A DNA stretch of 12,645 nt from Candidatus Hodarchaeum mangrovi (GTDB taxonomy: Archaea; Asgardarchaeota; Heimdallarchaeia; Hodarchaeales; Hodarchaeaceae): NCBI GenBank assembly GCA_016839515.1, contig JAEOUE010000205.1, forward strand, positions 1 through 12,645, written 5' to 3'. Below, one piece after another: positions 7,240-12,645 of the stretch. Below the pieces are notes generated by a model. It made no database searches. It saw only the letters and a program-made list of their open reading frames with translations, and was not told the origin of the DNA. Made by a program: the position numbers and the translations under genes. Numbering within the stretch: the stretch's first letter is position 1; each line of letters opens with the position of its first letter.

Positions 7240-9075
7240 TTATTCGGGTGGGATTGAAGCATAGATTGTTGTAAAGTCTACTCCGCGTCTTGAATTATAG
7301 GTTTTCATAACAAAGTAAATGATTGCTCCTATCAAAATCAGGAGAATATACCACCAGAACCACCAGTTGATAGTACCGATCGGATCTGCAAAATCAGGAA
7401 TGAGTCCTCCGCCAACGGCCAGATCAGGTACTAAAGGCGGTATAAAGCCTAATAATCCTGTTAAACCTTCTAATGGCATAAGAACCCCTGCACTTGCAGG
7501 TCCAAGAATAAGGAGGTCGAGATATATGTTCAAAATCAGTGCTATGATACCTATTACTACAACCCCTTCATACTTTCCAATCTTAGGACGCCATCCAGAC
7601 CGTTCATAGACATCTTTCAGCTTTCTAGGTAATATTATTGCTGAAACACAGGCTGTTGTAAAGAATACTGCATCTAATAGATCTGTGCCTCCGACTGATC
7701 CACCTGGATTGAAGATGTCTCTTAGAATTGGGATATCTTCGCCACCAAGTAATGCTCCTAACCCATTAGTACCATTGAAGAAATCAGCTTCACCTAATGC
7801 TCCGAGAACCGCGACAATACATGTAAAGAGAATAGCGTTCGTAGGTGAGTGCCATCGTTCATGAACTTTAGCGAATCTTTCTGGTAGGGCTCGGTCAAAG
7901 CTCATGGCGAATATGATACGGGATGAAGTTGTTACAAATGGAGGTAAGTCGTTAGCAAGCCATAAAATAGCAGCGGTTGCAAACGCGATATTTAAGATAT
8001 CACCCATTCCAAACATATTGAAACCACTTGAGGACATCATTGCGACAAATGGCATCCAAGCACGATTTGGGAAAGTAGTAGCTGCAGCACCATCACCATA
8101 CCCTAAGTAACCTAGCGACTGGAAGAATGACCATCCCTCTGAGTTTGCAACTGTACCTGTACCAACTGAGGCAGCCATAGCCATGAAAGTACTGACAGTA
8201 ACATAAACTCCAAGAATGATAAACCCAGCTGCTAGATGTGAGATAGGTAATGACCTGTTTGCTTCTTTCACTTCACCTGCTGCGAAGGAAATTGCAGCAT
8301 AACCAATCCATGCCCAATATGCAGCCATAACAGCTGAATTAACAGCTTCAACGTAGTCTGTTACCTCAGCAGTATTAATTCCCTGAGCTACTGCTTCATT
8401 AATCCACTCTGTTGGAGAATGACCTGTGAATGACGTAATACCCTCAGCCATGGTAGTGGGATTTAAGGCACCTAAAATTAAGAAAAGATAGATCATCAAA
8501 GTAATTACTGCAGGAATCCAGAACATTATATGGAGTACTTTTCCAGTCATAGAAGCTCCGAAGAATGCCAAAGCCCCAAAAGCGAATATAAAGATAGTTC
8601 CGAGTACGAAAAGTGGTATAGGATCGAAGAGCCATTCAGTTATCGGTTCTAGAGCAGGAACAGCTACTGGTAAGAATAACCCAAAGAACTCAACAACTGC
8701 TACGGCAATAAGCCCATAAGAAAGTGCAATCCCCATGAATTCAGCCCATGCTGCAGTAAAACCAATCCCTGGACTTATAGTTCTTGAAATATATACATAT
8801 CCGCCACCTGCTCGGGGCATTGCTGTTGCCATTACAGCAAATACAAATACAGTCGCTATTGCGGCTGCTCCAGTCATAGTAAAAGCAACGACAAGAGGTT
8901 CAACGGGAAGTAAGTAATTCGATGGTTTAATTGGAGATCCTCCAGCTGCCTGAAAGACTCTTTTTTGCCAACCACCGCCAATAACGTTACTTAGGATGAA
9001 AATAGTTGCTGTAATTACTCCGATCTCACGAACAAGCCCAGTTGCATCGCGGACATATGTTTTTGATTCACTCAT
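7240..9075 (-). CDS. APC-superfamily amino acid/polyamine permease (archaeal type)
   Basis: About 12 TM. Motifs RDATGLVREIG, AMPRAGGGYVYISR, AGEVKEANRS, SRIIFAMSFDRALP and C-terminal IYASIPPE. Start reassigned to ATG 9075 (611 aa) because the ORF-track GTG at 9084 lies inside the SD AGGTGA (9081-9086). Confidence 0.92.
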   Translation of the reverse strand: MSESKTYVRDATGLVREIGVITATIFILSNVIGGGWQKRVFQAAGGSPIKPSNYLLPVEPLVVAFTMTGAAAIATVFVFAVMATAMPRAGGGYVYISRTISPGIGFTAAWAEFMGIALSYGLIAVAVVEFFGLFLPVAVPALEPITEWLFDPIPLFVLGTIFIFAFGALAFFGASMTGKVLHIMFWIPAVITLMIYLFLILGALNPTTMAEGITSFTGHSPTEWINEAVAQGINTAEVTDYVEAVNSAVMAAYWAWIGYAAISFAAGEVKEANRSLPISHLAAGFIILGVYVTVSTFMAMAASVGTGTVANSEGWSFFQSLGYLGYGDGAAATTFPNRAWMPFVAMMSSSGFNMFGMGDILNIAFATAAILWLANDLPPFVTTSSRIIFAMSFDRALPERFAKVHERWHSPTNAILFTCIVAVLGALGEADFFNGTNGLGALLGGEDIPILRDIFNPGGSVGGTDLLDAVFFTTACVSAIILPRKLKDVYERSGWRPKIGKYEGVVVIGIIALILNIYLDLLILGPASAGVLMPLEGLTGLLGFIPPLVPDLAVGGGLIPDFADPIGTINWWFWWYILLILIGAIIYFVMKTYNSRRGVDFTTIYASIPPE

Positions 9076-9281
9076 ATTTTTCACCTATATAATTAATTAT
9101 ATTAGGTTTTATTTTTGTTTTATGTGTCTTTTCTGAGCTTTAAATTGACTTATACACTGTTGCCTGAATTTGTAATATCTATAAATTGTCATGATGTTTA
9201 ATCTAGACATTTACAGTTTTTTTTAAGCTCTAAATCAAATGAGCTGTATTAAGACACAAACAAATCACGCACTATATCATA

Positions 9282-9296
9282 ATTTTAAACGTTTCG
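9282..9296 (-). promoter_or_regulatory. Candidate BRE+TATA promoter for the APC permease
   Basis: The - strand reads CGAAACG-TTTAAAAT, matching archaeal BRE/TATA. Predicted TSS is near 9260. Confidence 0.5.
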
Positions 9297-9473
9297 TTCA
9301 TCTTTTATTGACTTAATTTAAACCCTAAAAAAGTTGTAATAATGAAAAAAATAGTCTTTAGACTTCTTGGAAAAAAAATTTTTTTATAAAAAATTAATTA
9401 AATTCTTTAATTACGGTTTATAACAGCATTCTGTTATTTTAAGTTATTTCAATCTTCCTGTTCTCTATAAAGC

Positions 9474-9488
9474 AAAAAATTTTAAATC
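9474..9488 (+). promoter_or_regulatory. Candidate BRE+TATA promoter for the metallophosphoesterase
   Basis: AAAAAAT-TTTAAAT about 45-50 nt upstream of ATG 9531, with SD AGGGTGA at 9519-9525. Confidence 0.45.
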
Positions 9489-9530
9489 GACTTTTTTTTC
9501 TCAAATATCATACTATTTAGGGTGAATTCT

Positions 9531-10541
9531 ATGGTCAGATTATTTTTCTGTACAGATATCCATGGTTCTGAAGCTGTTTGGAGAAAATTTTTGAACTCTG
9601 CAAAATATCTTAAGGCTGATACTATTATTATGGGTGGGGATATTACTGGAAAAAGAATTGTTCCTATTATTAAACAAAAAGATGGGACTTGGAAAGGATC
9701 TATATATGGATTGGATAAAGAATCTGTGATAATGGCAACAGAAGAAGAGGTATTAGATTTTGAAAAACGAGCACGGTTTTCAGGCTGTTACCCTTACCGC
9801 TTAACAGAAGAAGAAAATTTAGTTCTATCGTCCTCAGACTCTTTAACTGAAGATCAGAAAATGATAAAAGGAGGTCCACTTGATAAATTATTTGATCATG
9901 TAGAAGCGGAAGGGCTCCAATTATGGATTGATATGATAGATGATGTAATGGAGGATGGATCAAGACGGGTTCCAGAAGGTACAAAAATAATAATATGTCC
10001 TGGAAACGATGATAAGTTTGCTATTGATGAGATTATTAAAAAAGATCCTCGAGTGATTTATGGGGAGAATACTGTAGTTCAACTTGATAACCACCATGAG
10101 ATGCTTAGTTATGGATGGACGAATCCTACCCCATGGAATACATATAGAGAGTGTGAAGAGGAAAAAATTGAACAAAAGCTTAATGATTTAGTTTCTTTAA
10201 TAAAAAATATGAATAACGCCGTATTTTGTCTTCATTGTCCTCCATATGATTCTATTATTGATGAAGCACCCCTCTTAAAACCAGATTTGACTTATGTTGG
10301 CTACAGTGGTGGTGAACCAATCAGAGGCCCTGTTGGATGTAAATCTGTCAGAACGGTAATCGAACAATACCAACCCTTGTTGGGATTACATGGCCATATT
10401 CATGAGTCCCCAGGATATGTAAAGATAGGCCGTACATACTGTTTAAATCCTGGGAGTGAATATACTGAAGCCATTCTTAAGGGATTTCTAGTTGAGCTGG
10501 AGAAGGGGAAAATGAAAAGGATGCAACGGGTTGAGGCATGA
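9531..10541 (+). CDS. Calcineurin-like metallophosphoesterase (Icc-related)
   Basis: All five motifs present: TDIHG, GGD, PGNDD, HCPP, HGHIHE. Start reassigned to ATG 9531 (336 aa) because the GTG at 9522 is part of the SD GGGTGA. Confidence 0.9.
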   Translation: MVRLFFCTDIHGSEAVWRKFLNSAKYLKADTIIMGGDITGKRIVPIIKQKDGTWKGSIYGLDKESVIMATEEEVLDFEKRARFSGCYPYRLTEEENLVLSSSDSLTEDQKMIKGGPLDKLFDHVEAEGLQLWIDMIDDVMEDGSRRVPEGTKIIICPGNDDKFAIDEIIKKDPRVIYGENTVVQLDNHHEMLSYGWTNPTPWNTYRECEEEKIEQKLNDLVSLIKNMNNAVFCLHCPPYDSIIDEAPLLKPDLTYVGYSGGEPIRGPVGCKSVRTVIEQYQPLLGLHGHIHESPGYVKIGRTYCLNPGSEYTEAILKGFLVELEKGKMKRMQRVEA

Positions 10542-10645
10542 ATCTATAAAATTTATATATACTAATTTTTTTATGTAATATTATTGAATTTTAAAGGCGT
10601 ATTTCCGTGACAGTATTAACAAATATCCGATTTGAAGGCTGAAAA

Positions 10646-11506
10646 ATGGAAGAATCAGCAAAACAACATAATGATGAGCTCATGAAAGCTGGATATGAGA
10701 TTTTAGAAAGGTGTATTGAAGCAAATTTTCCCTGTTTCATCTGGGGAGGAGGAGCTATTTATCACTACTTAAATGGTAATTTAGACTATCGAAAAATGAG
10801 TGACATCGAATTTCTCCTACCTAAATCTGCAGATACTAAAATGCAAAATATTCTTGAACAGATGGATTTTATTCCGTACTCTACTTTTAATAATATTCAA
10901 AATATGTATGCCATGCCACGTAGAGAATTTTATCTCCCTGATCGGAAACTTACAATTCAAGAAATTGAAGATATAAAACAGGGGAGAAAAAATGATCTAA
11001 AGAGTGTTAAATTCAAGAAAGTTGAACTTTTTGTTGATGGAATCAGAATGTGTTGGAAGTTTACGCTTAAAGAACTTCCAAAAAGTTATGCTGATTCGAG
11101 AATCTGTCCTCCAGGTTTTCAGGTCGCACTAAAAGTCAACCCAATTCATCCTGATGATTTTGATTTTAAAGATGTCCAAGATATCTCGCGAATATTTAAT
11201 AAACCAGCTCTAAAGATCAATAAACTAGATACAATTATACCTGAACCTAAAATTGACGATACTTTAGAGTGCTGTCTAGGAACAAAAACTTTTGAACGAA
11301 TTTCAAAAGCGAAGGATCAATTTGCCACAGTTGCTTTTCGTAATCTCAATAGTGTTCTTGAATCTTCTGAATTGACTGATATTGGAAAATCTAAAGTAGA
11401 AGAACTTTTAACAGTCCTAGAGGTTCTTAAGAAGAATGATAAAGGTGGATTTTTATCTGGTTTAAGACGAGAAAAACCCGTTCGTGTAGATGCTAGAGAA
11501 CGATAG
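10646..11506 (+). CDS. Nucleotidyltransferase-fold (pol-beta superfamily) protein
   Basis: hGG motif (IWGGGAI), R-x3-D-I-E (D53/E55), third acidic strand KVELF, and late KDVQD helix as in AbiEii/DUF2204-like NTases. Confidence 0.72.
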   Translation: MEESAKQHNDELMKAGYEILERCIEANFPCFIWGGGAIYHYLNGNLDYRKMSDIEFLLPKSADTKMQNILEQMDFIPYSTFNNIQNMYAMPRREFYLPDRKLTIQEIEDIKQGRKNDLKSVKFKKVELFVDGIRMCWKFTLKELPKSYADSRICPPGFQVALKVNPIHPDDFDFKDVQDISRIFNKPALKINKLDTIIPEPKIDDTLECCLGTKTFERISKAKDQFATVAFRNLNSVLESSELTDIGKSKVEELLTVLEVLKKNDKGGFLSGLRREKPVRVDARER

Positions 11507-11713
11507 TAATTTTCATTGATTCTACACTAGAATGTCACAAGAAGTTTTTGAGTTTTAAATGAGGAGAAAGAACGAAAAATCACTGCTGAGTTCACATTTT
11601 ATCATAGTAAATGGAATTCGGGATATTTTCTTATTCGGTAGAATTTTCTAATAATGAAATCGAATTACACCATAATTAGGGTATTATCTTAAGATTTTAG
11701 AAGAATATAATTC

Positions 11714-11733
11714 AAAAAAAGAAGGGGCAAGGA
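11714..11733 (-). terminator. U-tract terminator after gcvH
   Basis: The - strand reads TCCTTGCCCCTTCTTTTTTT directly after tandem stops TGA TAA. Confidence 0.5.
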
Positions 11734-11736
11734 TTA

Positions 11737-12123
11737 TCATTGACAAAAAGCTTCATATTCTTTTGGGCTCATCAATTTAGCTAAATCATTATCAAGATCT
11801 GAAGGTCTCACTCTAACTAACCATTTGCCATATGGATCCATGTTTAGACTTTCTGGCTCATCATCAAGCTCTTCATTAACTTCAATAACTTCTCCAGAGA
11901 CAGGACTATAAACATCGCTAACAGCTTTAACGCTTTCAACAGAAGCAAATACCTCTCCATGAGTAACTGTATCACCTTCACTGGGAAGATCTACCATAAT
12001 TATATCTTTAAGCGTTTTTTGCGCATAATCGGAGATTCCAATCAGGCAAGTACCATCATCCTCCACTCTAACCCATTGATGTTCTTTGAAGTATTTTACA
12101 CTATTATCGATTTCATAGGACAT
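11737..12123 (-). CDS. gcvH: Glycine cleavage system H protein (lipoyl carrier)
   Basis: EHQWV, GISDYAQ, and lipoyl motif VESVKAVSDVYSPVSGEVIEVN (K66), N-x-DPYG. SD AAGGAG lies 9 nt upstream of the ATG. Confidence 0.96.
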   Translation of the reverse strand: MSYEIDNSVKYFKEHQWVRVEDDGTCLIGISDYAQKTLKDIIMVDLPSEGDTVTHGEVFASVESVKAVSDVYSPVSGEVIEVNEELDDEPESLNMDPYGKWLVRVRPSDLDNDLAKLMSPKEYEAFCQ

Positions 12124-12175
12124 GTTTTAAAACTCCTTTACGGAAACCAATTCTGTGAATATTACAAGTTACAGT

Positions 12176-12219
12176 AGCTATAAAGTTTTTTGCCTACATA
12201 GAAGCTATAAACCTTTTTT
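12176..12219 (-). promoter_or_regulatory. Tandem BRE+TATA elements upstream of gcvH
   Basis: The - strand has AAAAAAGG-TTTATAGCT and AAAAAAC-TTTATAGCT, 27 bp apart. Confidence 0.55.
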
Positions 12220-12645
12220 ATAGAGATAGATGATAGGTTGAGTAATGGACTTGAGAAATTATTTAAGGTAAAATTATGTTAAAAAAACGTTTTATTGGTT
12301 TAATAAATTAAAAAAATCACATAAGTCTAAATATAGACATGTATCGTAGTAGTAACAGAAAAACTAATAGGAATTGAATAAAAAAAATACGAATCATTTA
12401 CAAATTAAACTATTTAAAACTCGTATTGGTGATTTGTATTTTATACAGACAAGTGTTCAATAATGAGAAGCTCACTTTTTAATCCAAGATAAAAATTTAC
12501 ATTCTTTAGTTTTGAAATTTAGAAAGGTCAAATGGGTGAAGCTAAGTTTTGATTTTTTTTGAATTTTAATAATAGGTATAATCATTAGCTCGGAACAATA
12601 ATTAGGTAGGTGAGAATCTGTTAAAACACTTTTCAAATACATTAT

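Noticed and set aside
7319-8917. Four short ORFs within the APC gene (7319, 7904, 8444, 8735)
   Set aside because: Antisense or alternative-frame shadows of a well-supported CDS.
7240-9075. Visibly higher GC of the APC gene as a sign of lateral transfer
   Set aside because: Explicable by Ala/Gly-rich composition and expression-linked codon use; no flanking mobility signals.
9700-10175. Two - strand ORFs (94 aa, 71 aa)
   Set aside because: Antisense to the metallophosphoesterase.
11532-11651. 30-codon ORF (11559-11651) and a protein-like alternative frame (NEEKERKITAEFTFYHSKW) suggesting a gene remnant
   Set aside because: No SD or recognisable homology; too short to support without a tBLASTn/ribosome-profiling result.
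11959-12177. 72-aa + strand ORF
   Set aside because: Mostly antisense to gcvH.
12124-12300. Glycine riboswitch upstream of gcvH
   Set aside because: No GGAGA/CCGAAG/CUCUCAGG aptamer elements, and the predicted leader is only about 30-60 nt.

Overview
AT-rich, gene-dense archaeal chromosomal window. Archaeal origin is supported by GGTGA-type Shine-Dalgarno sites, BRE/TATA promoters and U-tract terminators. An Asgard (Heimdallarchaeia/Hodarchaeales-like) source is my inference from gene content. In order it holds: a 5'-truncated HAD phosphatase, a DoxX/DoxD membrane protein, an MFS transporter divergent from a large secreted (alpha/alpha)6-type glycoside-hydrolase-like protein, and a protein that aligns by eye with eukaryotic CCDC47 (PAT complex, DUF1682). 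Next comes a divergent five-gene cluster: APC permease, two unknown proteins, a calcineurin-like metallophosphoesterase and a pol-beta-type nucleotidyltransferase. A stand-alone gcvH ends the coding content. The three best leads are the CCDC47-like protein, the APC/phosphoesterase/nucleotidyltransferase module, and a long, apparently structured leader with an SD-occluding hairpin upstream of the APC permease. No rRNA, tRNA, CRISPR array or mobile element was seen. All family calls come from motif recognition, not database searches.
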